From positions 2,046,001-2,110,000 of the forward strand of contig MU008161.1 of NCBI GenBank assembly GCA_010909165.1: 64,000 bases of DNA, in the 5' to 3' direction. This stretch comes from Anthoceros angustus. Taxonomy: Eukaryota; Plantae; Anthocerotophyta. A program made the translations under genes and the position numbers. Numbering within the stretch: position 1 is the first letter of the stretch; each line of letters starts with the position of its first letter. This document shows positions 11,419 to 23,566 of this stretch, piece after piece. The notes under the pieces were generated by a model that did no database searches, was not told the origin of the DNA, and worked only from the letters and a program-made list of their open reading frames with translations.

Positions 11419-11949
11419 CACGAGTTGCACAATCAACCCCACCCTAATCTTCCTTCCGTTGCAGTTCTGGCACAAAATTTCCACCCCCGAGGACTAGTAT
11501 GCACCATGATTGATCCGACCCTTGTCCAGCAGTGGGCCAAAATGAATCCCTGACGGTCGGAACTCTTGAATGCCTCGTCCTTGCTTCATGCGACGTGAAC
11601 TCCATGCGCATCACTCGCATCTGTTCCTGTAGCCTGTGACGATGAAGCCACGTGCTGTCTTCCAGCCACGCCAGACAAGATACAGAATGATCCCACCCGC
11701 AGCAACTTCCCGCACTCCGCTGCGGCAAAAATACATTAACCTCTCCCCTTGACTGCCGACATTCAGAGCTTTGAGGATTCGACATATCCCGAATGAGCTC
11801 AGTAAGGAAGTCTTTCAGAAGCTCAAGGAAACTCATGTTCACATTCTGGAAGAGGACGAGAAGCAGAACCGGTTCTCCGGCACAGCTTGGTTTTCAAACA
11901 AATGTGAATGCCTTGTATATGCTTGCTCACTGTGTATCATATGGCCAAC

Positions 11950-14080
11950 CAGAGATGCCTTCAAATGGACCGTCTTGGTCAGGAAACTCTGTGAAATCTT
12001 TGCTGGCATGCAGCAACATAAATTCTTGCCAGTCCATGATTTTACATATGCCAGCCTTCGCAATGCACTTGCCAGCGTTCTGGGTATGGATGCAGGCAAG
12101 AAGCTGTTTCAGGAAACCCGACAACAAGGATTGCCACTGCTGAGGATGCCGAAGTTTGGAGCAGCTATGTCTTCGAGGTGACTGCTCCTTTTCACACGTA
12201 TGGCATATGCGGGTATCATGGACTGCATTAATCACTACAGCAACACAACTGTGCACCATTCTGAGGGTATGCTGCATGCCGGAGGCGAGCACAACAGTGC
12301 TGACAGTTATTGTCAAAGTATGGAAGTGCAACGTCCAGGAGCTCCTCTAATGAAGGTGATGGTCGATGAGGATGCTTATTAGACTTACTAGACTCGGGCA
12401 CACAGTGGTAGGTCCTCGACGCCTGACAGTGCTGGATGGAAGCATTGAAAAAGTCACCGACCCTGTTACACAGGCAGAAACAACTTTGTGAGATACATAC
12501 CAAAGCAACGCTCTGACGATCTGGCTGACAACTGGGACAGTTGAGCTGTTCAACTGGGACCATCTGACACACCTCGTCAAAGTTCGGGAGCATGGCTCTG
12601 GAGGAGGATGGGCCATGGCCAAGACACTCTCACGATGTGGCTCAAAACTGGCAATAGCATTCATTCAGTCTGCCCCTGGGGCTCCACCCTCCAATCCAAT
12701 GAGTATTATCGAAAACCTCGGATGGGCAGTGACTGGCATAGTGCCCACCACGTTGCTCACTGCAAAAATCGATTTTGCTCTTGGTGAGATGCTAACTGGC
12801 AGCCTTCTATCTGAACAGTAGAAGTGCACCAACATCCACCCAGCCAGTGCTCTGGTGGGCCTGTGCTGATGCACAAGGAGGGGACCGTCACCAACAAGAG
12901 AAGAATCACAATCGTGGCCAGCCTAGAAGCCTATGTGAGTCTGGTCTGTATGCTAAAGGTGACGCACAGGAGCATAAAAGATGTTCATCTTACCAGCCGG
13001 CACTCCTGCGACATGGGGTGGGACGACGAGAAGGCGACTATCAAAGACTGGTTACTAAAAATCGGCGAACGTGATATCCAGTTTCGCCGCATGAGAGCAT
13101 GAGACTGAGTCAGTCGAGACTGGGTCTCTCGTCTCTCACATGCCTTTGAAGCAAACGCAAAGGAGACCAGATCCTATGCCGAGGTCATGGAGGTGGGCTG
13201 GGAAATGGGAATGTTTATTCGGCCCCGTGTGTCGGCACTGCTATATCTTTTGATCACTCTGGGAATGGAATATGACGCAGGCGACAAGTGCTTGGAGCAC
13301 GTGCAGCAAATGGAGACCCCCATAAGCTGGCCAATGGAGTGTCCAGAGGCCATGAGTCTCTCCAGCTGGAGAGTTGATCTTTTGTCCTGATCCCGTGTCG
13401 TCCGTGTGTGATCGCTCGGTCGACACTCCATGTCAAAGCTCGCTACAGCTGAAGGGCCCACTGTCATCTCCACCAACCTAGATAGATAGCATCCACAGTT
13501 GTTGTGAAAGCTTTCTGGCTGGACTCCATGAGTCCATTTACCCCTTTCCCTCTCTTCCCACGGTACGCGAGGAAAAAGTACAGAAAGCACTGCCACGAGC
13601 TCTGACTCCTCCCATGATTGAGTGTAAAGAACATGTCCCCTCCACCGTCCTGGATTAGGGTTAGCCAGGGCCTCAAAGTCCCCACAAGCAGACCTTATCA
13701 GCCATTGGATTGATAGATAGTTTGACTCTTTCGGCCTCACTCAGCCGATGGACGACAAACGAAGGCCTCATCTATTTGCCACAGGTCTGCTTGGTTCAAG
13801 AATCAAGACAACGAATCAACCTGGCTTCAATGGCATTGTCACCCTTATTGATACAGGTACTCAGAAGAATGGGACGAAGCTTGCTAGAGTCACTGAGAGA
13901 TAACGAGCTCTGTATGCTCCGGAGTCAGTCCGTACCTGTCACCTACAGAGCTTATGATGTCATGGCCAGGAACATGGACGTAGGGTCTTCAAGGATGCAT
14001 CTCCTGTTAGGTGCATCCCTATAGCAACGTGCTTTGCCAAGCCAAGGAGCTTTGGCACATGAGATCATGTGAGCTTCCGA
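11950..14080 (+). pseudogene. Highly degraded PPR-like remnants
   Basis: Scattered PPR-like words in broken frames: DFTYASLRNALASVLGMDAGKKLFQE (~12040), VSWTALI (~12213) and AYDVMARNM..LLGA (~13950-14015). Confidence 0.3.
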
Positions 14081-14946
14081 CAACAGGCATCCAAGGAAGG
14101 CACGCTACCGACGAGAAGCCAGTGCATAGGCTGGGGTGGAGCTCACATACGCAAACCCTAATAAGGAGCTGTGATCTCTGTCATCTGCCATGGAGGCATG
14201 GACAGCAGCAGACTAAGGGTCAAATCAGAGGAGGAACACGCCACCGGCTGGCTCTCTCCATCGCAGGCGCAGGAGACGGATTAACCGCCGTTAGCGCGAC
14301 AGTTACACGGGTGGCGAAACCCAGGAGCGGCGAAACGTCCGACAGGCTGTGAGGGACGCGGTCGGACGGTTCACAAGAGGACATGGCGGGTCTTTCCCGT
14401 TGCGTTCCTCCTCCTCCGCCCGCTGCGCGCGGGGGAGCTGAATGGTCTTGCAGCTCTCAGACTTCACGCCCCGGTGCGCGTCCAGAGAAAGAGCTGGAAT
14501 CTGTCCCGGAGAGGTGCAAGAATGCTAAACAATGGCAGCAAGAGGAGTGGAAGAGTGTAGAGCCTCCTTCTGCTGATGGCGACGCTCCATCGGCTGCATC
14601 TTGCTCCCTTGGATGCTGCTGCACTGCTGTCAGGGTCGGGCCAAAGACGCGCTGCAGCAGGCAATCCTCCTCTTTGCAGCTCTGGCGCTGTCTGCATGCC
14701 GGTTGATGCGCCAGGAGTGCTGCTGAGGACGGGCCCGGCGGGCATTGCTTGTGGAAGAGTGGGATTTGGATTTGTGTTTCGATTTGTTGGGTGCTTTTGA
14801 TCGCTTCGGTTTGCTGCACTTGGCGTTGCGGGTTTGGATCTGGAGGAGGCAGGAGCATTTCTGTTGGCAAGGCCAGAGAATAGGTCGTTTTGGGTTGTTA
14901 TTAGACGCTCCGCGGTGGAATTTTAGTACCCGGAGGCAGGGGTGGG

Positions 14947-16059
14947 ATGAATTCTGAAGTCGTGGGATTCATCGAGATGGAGAATCATTACGACAGAGAA
15001 AAGGATAGAAAGGATGTGCGTCTGGAGAGGGAAGATAGCGGAGGGAGTAGCAGCAGCAGTAGCAGCAGCTATGGATTCCAGTCGACTGAAACCTTCCCGA
15101 TTTTGGACGTGCTGGAGATTATGAAAGAGTCCATGAGACTGATGCGGAAGCGATCCTCTCTGCTCATGTCTTTGACCGCGTCTCTGATTATGCCTCTCTC
15201 CTTCATCGTGTTGTCGCACATCTTAGTGACGCATTCTCTTGTGAAGGGGTTGGCAGTGCAGATTGAAGCTGTTTGCCAACGAGGACCTTTTTTGGAGAGT
15301 CCTCTCGACACCTTCCTGTATCTGAAGCTTTCGGAGGTGATTCTCTCGAGCGTAGTATACTTGCCGTTCTGCATAATTCTGTTCCTCCCATCCAGGGTGG
15401 CCATTTCCTACACGGTTGTCAGCACATATGCTGGCAGGAAGCTTTCCATGTCCAAGAGTGTGAGAGTGGTGCCAAGGTTGTGGAAACGTGTTGTTTCCAC
15501 TTACCTGTGGATCTGTCTGGTAGGCCTGGGAGCTCTGGCAGCCTTCATCTTCCTTCTGGCAGCGATTGCAGTCGTCACCAAATTTCTGCGACTTGATTCC
15601 ACTTTACTTTTGCTGACGGACCTTCTCTTAGCGGTTACCTTCTGCTTCATATTTGCTCTGCTTGTGGTGCTCTGCAACCTCTCTCTCGTTGTTAGCATCT
15701 TGGAGGATGTGGGCGGGTATGCAGCTCTTTCCCGTGGCCTTACGCTCATCCGGGGACGGACTCAGGTGGCTCTGGGGCTGCTGATGGTGACCGGCGCCTC
15801 TGGAATCTTCATCGAGTATCTGTTCCAGTCTCATATTTTGGGCAATCCAGAGGAGCCTTTCCAGGATATCTCATCCATCCTCTGGGAAGGTCCTCTGCTC
15901 ATTGTCATGTATTCAGTGGTCTACATGTTTGATGCCATCATGGCCACCATCTTCTACTTCACCTGCAAGGGCTTCCGATTCGAGGCTTTTGACAAATATG
16001 CTCTTCTGGAGCAGCTGGAGGGTTCTAACCACGCACACACCAAGAACCTGCCCCTGTAA
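14947..16059 (+). CDS. Plant multi-pass transmembrane protein of unknown function (single exon, 370 aa)
   Basis: Long ORF with about 6 hydrophobic segments. Motifs LWKRVVSTYLW, NLSLVVSILE..GYAAL and TIFYFTCK resemble a land-plant uncharacterised membrane family. Confidence 0.85.
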   Translation: MNSEVVGFIEMENHYDREKDRKDVRLEREDSGGSSSSSSSSYGFQSTETFPILDVLEIMKESMRLMRKRSSLLMSLTASLIMPLSFIVLSHILVTHSLVKGLAVQIEAVCQRGPFLESPLDTFLYLKLSEVILSSVVYLPFCIILFLPSRVAISYTVVSTYAGRKLSMSKSVRVVPRLWKRVVSTYLWICLVGLGALAAFIFLLAAIAVVTKFLRLDSTLLLLTDLLLAVTFCFIFALLVVLCNLSLVVSILEDVGGYAALSRGLTLIRGRTQVALGLLMVTGASGIFIEYLFQSHILGNPEEPFQDISSILWEGPLLIVMYSVVYMFDAIMATIFYFTCKGFRFEAFDKYALLEQLEGSNHAHTKNLPL

Positions 16060-16514
16060 AAGCTTAGACTCAGAGCCAGACCTGTGTGGTTCTCCTTGCT
16101 TGCTGTGATGTCACACCCTCATATTCTGGCAGGATTATTTTTTGAGCCAGGCCTGATTGGAACTGGCCATCCATTACCACCACCTACATCTGTATACTAC
16201 CACCTCTGATACATTGCAATAACCCCTCCACTGGGAGAGTGGGTGTTCTACTTTGGCATCCGAGGATGTCAAACACAGTTTAGCTCCTGAGCACTTTTCT
16301 CTTGTCTCATCGATGTTGGCGTTTTGTCTGGCACATACTGACAGAGAGCCATGCCTGTCATGGTTTATTATTTCACCCGGTCGCACGCATTTCCAATAAG
16401 ACTGTGGAATCTCCAGCCTGGCAATTCCTCCACTGCGCTTGTCAATCGCCCAAAATAGAGCCCCAAGGCCCCCTCCGGCCAAACGGACACACATCTATTG
16501 AGCATCATGCGCCG

Positions 16515-16885
16515 TTATTAAGCATCCTGCGCTTAGATCGGTACTTAGATGGGGTGCTTTTAGATATCCTTGGAGCAAGTTGTTGCTTATGAGGTACACC
16601 ATGGTACAAGTTGTTCCATCCAAGTCGACTATGATAAGTCGACTATGGTAGACTTCGTCGTTCTTCGTCCAAATGGCTGAGGCTAAAATGGACACACATT
16701 TATAAGAACGTCATGATTAAGCATCTTGAGCTTAAACCCATACTTAGATGGGGTGCCTAAAGGAAGTGATGCCCTTGGTGCAAGTAGCTTAGGCACACCA
16801 TGGTACAAGTTGTTAAGTACCAAGTCCTATGACGGAAATCCGTCCTTAGTGGATTTTAATAAAATTCTTCTTTCTTCTTCTTCTA
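16515..16885 (+). repeat. Dispersed repeat with an internal ~110 bp duplication ending in AATAAA and a (CTT)n tail (SINE/LINE 3'-end-like)
   Basis: TTAAGCATC..TACTTAGATGGGGTGC..CACCATGGTACAAGTTGTT occurs at ~16518 and ~16717. The 3' end matches window positions 1-69. Confidence 0.55.
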
Positions 16886-16890
16886 GTAAC

Positions 16891-17546
16891 TGCGGGCTCA
16901 GACATACATTATACGATACACCGTGGCAGATCGTATACGAAAAGCCGGTACCTGGGTATATCGGAAGCGGGAGCCGGTAGCACTCTCTCTCTACAAGCAT
17001 AAAACCCCCGTACGGCCTCATCCCCTCATCCCGGCTCATTTGTTTTGAGTCGCGCGGGCCAGGTGGCTCCATTTGGGCTTTGGGCACTGAGAGCGCAGCG
17101 CCGCGAATCCTAATCCCACCAAGACCGTAGAACCCTAAACCAACACCACCACCGTTGGACCCTAAACGACCACCAAGACCGTGGAACCCTAAACCATCAC
17201 CTGGACCGTGGAACCCGAAACCACCACCAAAGACCGTGGAACCCTAAACCACCACCAAGACCGTGCAGCCCTAAACCACCACCAAGACCGTGGAGCCCTA
17301 ACCCACCAAGACCGTGGAACCCTAAACCGCCACAAGACCGCGGAACCCTAAACCGCCACCAAGACCGTGGAACCCTAACCCACCACCAAGACCGTGGAAA
17401 AGGCCATGAGAGCGCAACGCCGCGCCGCGGGCGGGCGGATAAGCGGGCAAGTTATATCGCCGGTATTGTAGAGAGAAGTACACCGGAGGACCCGGTAGAC
17501 ATCCGCCACGGTGTACCGTATGATGTATAATGTGGGACCGGCCCGC
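16891..17546. mobile_element. ~650 bp element with imperfect terminal inverted repeats (MITE/foldback-like) and an internal telomere-motif minisatellite
   Basis: The left end GCGGGC..ACATTATAC..TACACCGTGGCAGAT..CTCTCTACAA is the reverse complement of TTGTAGAGAG..ATCCGCCACGGTGTA..GTATAATGT..GCCCGC at 17466-17546. Confidence 0.6.
17105..17398 (+). repeat. ~27 bp tandem array (AACCCTAAACCACCACCAAGACCGTGG)n, about 11 copies, each carrying one plant telomere unit CCCTAAA
   Basis: Directly visible periodic repeat. Confidence 0.9.
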
Positions 17547-17844
17547 GGCGCGGGGCGGATGCGGTTGGGGGTCCCCGAAAATATCGCTACAGTTGCTTCT
17601 TGAGAGGCTACTCATAAGTGGCCAGTGCAATGTCCTCTTCACATATTTAGATGCTGCTGATGAGCTTGAAGCGCGCCCCACGTGGCGCACGGAGAGGATC
17701 GACCAAGTGGCAGTACGTAGCTGGTATTTTGTATATATTGTTGGTAAAGATGGAAAATTTGTACATATCATGAAATATGTTCTGGTGCTTTCCTAGCTGC
17801 CTCCATTTCTATATCCATAGTGATCTTTCGATCGAGATTCATCT

Positions 17845-18030
17845 TGGTTCATAATTTCATTAGGTGAACGTTTAGAATTTTGTTAAGTATAGATCATAGA
17901 TCTTGCATGGTTCATAATTTCGTTAAGTGAACGTTTAGAATTTTGTTAAGTATAGATTATAGATCTTGCATGGACGGTTTTCCGGATCACACTTTCGTTA
18001 GATCAACTTTTAGAATTTTGTTAAGTATAA
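17845..18030 (+). repeat. ~63 bp AT-rich tandem repeat (2 copies plus a partial)
   Basis: TGGTTCATAATTTC.TTA.GTGAACGTTTAGAATTTTGTTAAGTATAGAT.ATAGATCTTGCA is repeated. Confidence 0.8.
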
Positions 18031-19212
18031 GTCTAAGTATACGTGGGTGGTCCTACATAGAAGGACTCACGATAGTGGGTGGTCTTGCATCGAAGTACTC
18101 ACACGATGAAAATCTATAAATCAATCAAACTGAAAATCTGGGAAAAATTAGACTTTGAATGCAATGCTTAAAAAAATTAAAACTTAAAAACCCGGAGGAG
18201 ATCAGTGTAATGTTGCCGCACTTGAAGTGATGAACATAGAGAAGCATCTTGTTGATGATTGTAGATGATTGGTATTTATCTAAAGTAGACCAGCATCAGT
18301 GCATAATGCATGTTTTATATACGTATGTTCATTTCTACAATGTACATGGTTTTCCTTAAGAGTTTATTGCTGAAATTAGTTTCTTATCATAATTGATGTA
18401 TACTACGTTATCTTCACACTCTTATACACTTAATTTCCAAGAATCAATACGCATTAGTTAGCATTTCTATGCTTCCTCTTCCTCCCATAAAGAAATCCGA
18501 CAAGTTCTTTTCTCCTAGTAGACCACAAAGAGGACTTTGAAAGTGCTTGTGACTTAGTAATGGATCCTAAGAATGTGGATCCCGACTAGAATGGATATAA
18601 TCGAGCTAGAAAATATCTTGTTTGATACATGGGTGTGTTCTACAGACTTGACTAGACTGATATGCAATCAGAGGAATTGAATTAGTTGAAAATGAAGGAA
18701 AAAAGGTATGTAAATCATGTTTGAAGTTGTGCAACAAAGACATGGCTTGACTTTCAATCAAATAGACTAAAGAAACTAAACTGCAAGGAGTATGCAATTG
18801 TAAGGTTCTAATACTTTTGTACTTATTTGGTTTAAAGAATTGTGCCTCGATGCTAAGATTAAATACTTCTTTCACAACATTATTTGTCTAGTTAGTTTCT
18901 AAAGAAGAAGATCATCACCAGAATAAGATAGAAAAATAAAAGAAGATGTCTGCAATGAATCGTGATGTGGGCTGGCCTTACGATGAAATAAAGTTATTTA
19001 GTATATTTTTCCTCTTAGTTATTATTGAGTCTACTGAAACCCTCCATCCTTCTATAGTTCAAATGCCAAAGCAAAGGACAAGACTCTCATGGCCATCATA
19101 CAAACATGAGTGACAATTGAGAAAAAGACGGGAGGACTACTGAAGAAGTTGGTGGAAGCGACCCTGGTCAGCCTTATCAAGTTGTTTATACTGGAGTGTA
19201 ATGTTTATTCTT

Positions 19213-19487
19213 AATTGGAGTGGTTGTGAATGTCTCGAAAGGCTAGGTGGGCTGAGGAAAGGAAGGCACTATAGATCGCTCTACTGGATGTCCATGACAT
19301 CTAGTATATTCTGGACAATGATTTGCAAGCTTCAGTGGCATTTAAAGATGGGTGGAAGGGAGTACAGGAGTAGCTAGGGAAGTTGCTGGAGCAAGAAGCG
19401 AAGATATCTGTGGTTAGAAATGTAGGAAAAATCTGCAAGCCTCAACAAGCTTAGAGGAAGTTTCGGTTAGAATCCTCACATTAACAT
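19213..19487 (+). pseudogene. Degenerate copy of the 3' half of Josephin exon 2 (8513-8792)
   Basis: GGAGTGGTTG..GGCTAGGTGGGCTG.GGAAAGGAAGGCACT..AAGTTGCTGGAGCAAGAAGCG..ATCTGCAAGCCTCAACAA is colinear with the intact gene but has stops and indels. Confidence 0.85.
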
Positions 19488-21269
19488 ATCATGGAGATCT
19501 TCTATACCTGACATTCTCATGTGCTTAAAATTGGCGTCCCCAAGTCTGATGTGCCTACCAGCCTGTAGGAGCCAAAATCTTGTGTAATGGGAGACTCTTG
19601 CCACAATCACATTTGCAAAAGAACAAGCAACATCGATTTTAGTTTTGTCATTTTCTCACAACACGATGAAAAGAAAATGTCGGCGACAATAGGGGATTGG
19701 TGTTTAAGGTAGAGAGATACTAATTTGAGCTCAACTCCAATTTGACAAAGTAAATTGTGATGCCCGCCGGTGTGCATTGGCTTTGGACTGCTTATGATAT
19801 AAGGTCGCTTAGGCTAATATTGTTGCACATGAACATACCCTTGAGGTTGAACTCTATAATTTGGAATATGTGCACTTATCATATGGTGTTGAGTAAACAA
19901 GATCTAGAGATACCCCAAAGTGTGTCTGATATCTCGTGGAGAAAAAGGAACGGAGAATTGGCTTCTTGGCCTAGATTGTTGCAAAAAGAAATAAAAAGTG
20001 GCCATCAGATTGAAAAAAAAGTGAAATTTTGGAAGTATGTTGCGTCAAGAGGGATCCTTGTCTGTTTCTTGGCAGCATGCATTGATGGCCGCCTGCTTCA
20101 TAACGCTGATTGTGAACTTGCTAAAATGTCGGCCCTGTTGCAAAATGGACCGGTGGCGTACTGTGCCATTGAAATTTAAAGCTGGGTGATATCTAGATCA
20201 ATGGAGGCTGGTGATAGTATACTTACTGGGTCACAAAAAAAATGGGGAAACCATTAGTGAATTTTTTTGGTAAAAATTCATCTTTATAAATTAATTAATA
20301 TTGATGCAGCTCTAAGGGCAGCGAGAGCTGCCGGGAGGGCAGTGTTGAAGTTAAATTTCGCATTGTCGAGCTCATACTGCCATCCATGGAAGAGTTCTTC
20401 CAAAGAAGCAAAAATAGCATGCTTGTCCAGAAGTATACAAAGGAGGGGTTGAAGCTTGGGGAAACCTAGGAGAATAACTATCGAAGAATCGCCTGAGGGT
20501 CTACAATGAGGGCAAGTAATGAGAAGAGGCGTCGCAGTTCACTATCGTCAATTTTATCGCAGAGGGCGTCTTGTAAGAAACCGAAAAAATTGTCTAGTGG
20601 TGGTTTGGGGAGGTCTTTGTTGAATTTATTAATGCTCATTAATGAATTCATGCAAGCTCGTGAGAGAAATTGGGATGTGCAGCAAAGTGAGGAGGAATTA
20701 GGATGGAGTACAAACAATCAGACAAAGCCGATGTACAAAGTCAAAGGACCCACAGAGCAGGAATACATTACAAGTTTGTAGGAAGAGTTGTAGCTTACTC
20801 TGGATGTGGACTAGTGCCAAAAATTTTACTTCTGAAATGGTACATCCTCTCCAATGTTTTCCTTGGAGAGCTTCGCCAAGTCAACATGGGGAGCTATTCA
20901 TGCAGGAACGGTTGCAGGAGATCCTATAAAGTATTGTGGCTATATCCGCTTTCAATGAAATTTCCATCAAGGTAGCTGCTATAAAGAGATTCAATCTCCT
21001 TTCGTATCCGAAGGCATTTCATTAGTTTGCGGAGCAACGTATGAAATCAAATTACTTGTGCAACCTTGCCCTACCAATGCAATAGCCCTCAACAGTGTCA
21101 TTTGCAACACCGTTTCAGCTTTCCAATTCTTTCACCCCTACTATTGATAGTGTGGAATGTCTCCTTCCATACATCTCTATATTTTCTTTTAGAGTAAGTA
21201 TATGTTATGTAGAATTTGAGATCCTTGATCATGATTTAAATGTGTTTGAAGTCCTACACATTGTGTAGA

Positions 21270-21540
21270 TTTCAAGCTTCATGATTATTTTGATAATATT
21301 CAACAAGAATGACTATTCGTTGTCCAGATTATGAGCTTCATGATTGTTTCAGTAATGTTTTACAAGATCTTCTGCCCATGTTGTGAGCTTTATGACTGTT
21401 TTTTTATTTCATGATCGTTTTTTGAAAATATTTAACAAGACTAATCTCATGATTATTATTGAGTTTCACAACTTTTAACAAGACTGACTGTCTGCAGATT
21501 TTGAGCTTCATAACCATTTGGTGATATTTAACAAGACTTA
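21270..21540 (+). repeat. Degenerate AT-rich tandem repeats (GAGCTTCATGATT..AACAAGA)
   Basis: About 5 imperfect copies of the motif. Confidence 0.5.
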
Positions 21541-22854
21541 TAATTCTTTTGAATGTTCTAAATATATAGTTTTGACCAGCTCAAGTATCATAACCTATAT
21601 CAAATCCATCATAAAAACTAGTGACAATTTGACACTAGGAAGTAGTTGAAAATCGGTGGTGACCTCTTTCAATTGATAGCTTACCAAGTCTATTTTTGCA
21701 TCATACTTAAATAAGTAGATTTGTTTCTCTTATACACCTAGGCAACTAAATTTGTTTTAAGAGGCATCAAGGTTGATGGGTGCTATGATTCTTATTATGT
21801 TCTTGTGCTATAGAGCATTCAAACTTACACTTCACAACATCTTGAACCACGTTATGTAATTAAGAGTTTTATCGAGGATGGTGCTCAAAGAAGCAAAATA
21901 GAGAGTGATGTATAGGTTTGAGATGATTTTTACAGTTTCTTACGGGTAGTACTTTGTTCATGTACTTGGTTTGTTGTTTTAATATCAACCCTTGCACCAA
22001 TCTCTTTTATCTTTTGGACATATAGATCCGGATGTAGAGTTTCCAAAAGATGTAGGAAGCTGTGGGATCACCCGAAACAATAGTATCTCTACAAACCGTC
22101 ACGAAAGCTAAAGGGTTGAGAACACCACATGGTTCGTTGGGTTAGCTCCACTGCACCTTCTTGTTGTAAAGCAATAGCACGATGGTGATCCTCGTGCTCT
22201 TGTTGAGCCGACGATAAGAAGTCGTTCACCTCTAGGCCATTGATGGAGGAACAGTTGTTATCGACCCATATTTATAAGGGAAGATGACATCCCCGAGCAA
22301 TTTGATGGATTTGTAGAATAACACTTTTCCTTGTCTTGTGCACTACGATGAAAGTCTCCAAAGTCCATTGCTGTGCCCTTACACCTTTCAAAGGTCTTTA
22401 GTCCCTTTTTGTTTTAGTGATGATGTTATATCCCCTGGACGTTTTTATTATTCCCCCGGTTTGTTGTAGGCTCATTTGTAATCAATTCCTTTATTTTTCA
22501 GAATTAAATAATTTATTTTATATAAATTATTTATATTTTAAATATAAAAAATCAAATGGGTACACCGAACAATGTTGGAGAAGGGACCCTCTGAAGGGAG
22601 AAGGGACCCCCATATGTGCTATGAGGAATCGCTTATGGACTGGGCTGTTAGAGCCGTTTTCCATGCGGCCAAAATAATTCCACATATATTAAAAAAGGTC
22701 CATTCTGCATTTGGTGGCCTAGGAGATTCCCAAATTTGTTTTGGCCCTCCCCTCCCCACCAAATGCGGCAAGATTTGGTGCTGTCCCAGGCTATTACTAG
22801 TGCCCTTAATGATAACTTGTTGGCATCTTTACAATCTTTCTTCGTCATGCAGAT

Positions 22855-23179
22855 GTTGTTGATATAGTGAGGCTATGACACCGCTTAATGACAGCTTTTT
22901 GGCATCTTTACAATGTTTCTTCGTCACGCAGATGTTGTTGATGTAGTGAGACCATGACACCGCCGAGGACCTTTTGTTTGAGGTTGTTGACGCAATGAGG
23001 CTATGACACCATGGGAGACGTTTTGCTTGAGGTTGTCAATGCAGTGAGGCTATGACACCACCAAGGGCCTTTTGTTTGAGGTTGTTGATGCAGTGAGGCT
23101 ATGACACCATGGGAGACCTTTTGTTTGAGGTTGTCGATGCAGTGAGGCTATATGACACCACCAGGGACCTTTTGTTTGA
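22855..23179 (+). repeat. ~48 bp minisatellite (TGTTGATGCAGTGAGGCTATGACACC..CCTTTTGTTTGAGGT)n, about 6 copies
   Basis: Directly visible tandem periodicity. Confidence 0.9.
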
Positions 23180-23566
23180 TGCTCGTAAATGTTCTTAAAA
23201 TCCGGTATGGGTATTTTTTGTCCGCGTGTACATCTTTAGGCACATGGAAAGTGCCCTAGATCAGTTCACCTTTAGTTGGTTTGGTATCCATGGAGAGCGA
23301 CTCTCACCTAATAAATCATTTCAGCCATTTGGTACCTATACATGAAAGGGGCTCTTACCATCAAATAAGCTGAACCGATTTTGAAAAGTGAGAAGGTACC
23401 ACGTGACAACTCGAAGGAAGGGAGGAAAGGGCAGGAACTGGGGCTTGTTACCGGAGCTGCGGGGGCTTGAGAGGCCGCAGAAGATGGAGGCGCACGGCAT
23501 GTGTACGCGGTGAGCGTCTGCTGGGCGTGCAGCGCTGCGCAGCTGCCGGTGGTGGGCTGTGGCGGG

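Noticed and set aside
12347-13740. Possible WD40-like remnants on the minus strand
   Set aside because: Only vague words in broken frames, with no convincing WD repeat.
17105-17398. True interstitial telomere or chromosome-fusion scar
   Set aside because: CCCTAAA occurs once per 27 bp unit rather than as a contiguous (CCCTAAA)n tract.
19750-22400. Short ORFs in the AT-rich region as a transposase
   Set aside because: No diagnostic motif was found. It is probably degraded TE DNA but cannot be assigned.
22855-23179. CRISPR-like appearance of short regular repeats (also 17105-17398 and 35372-35545)
   Set aside because: The units are contiguous with no unique spacers, there are no cas genes, and the context is eukaryotic. 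These are ordinary minisatellites.
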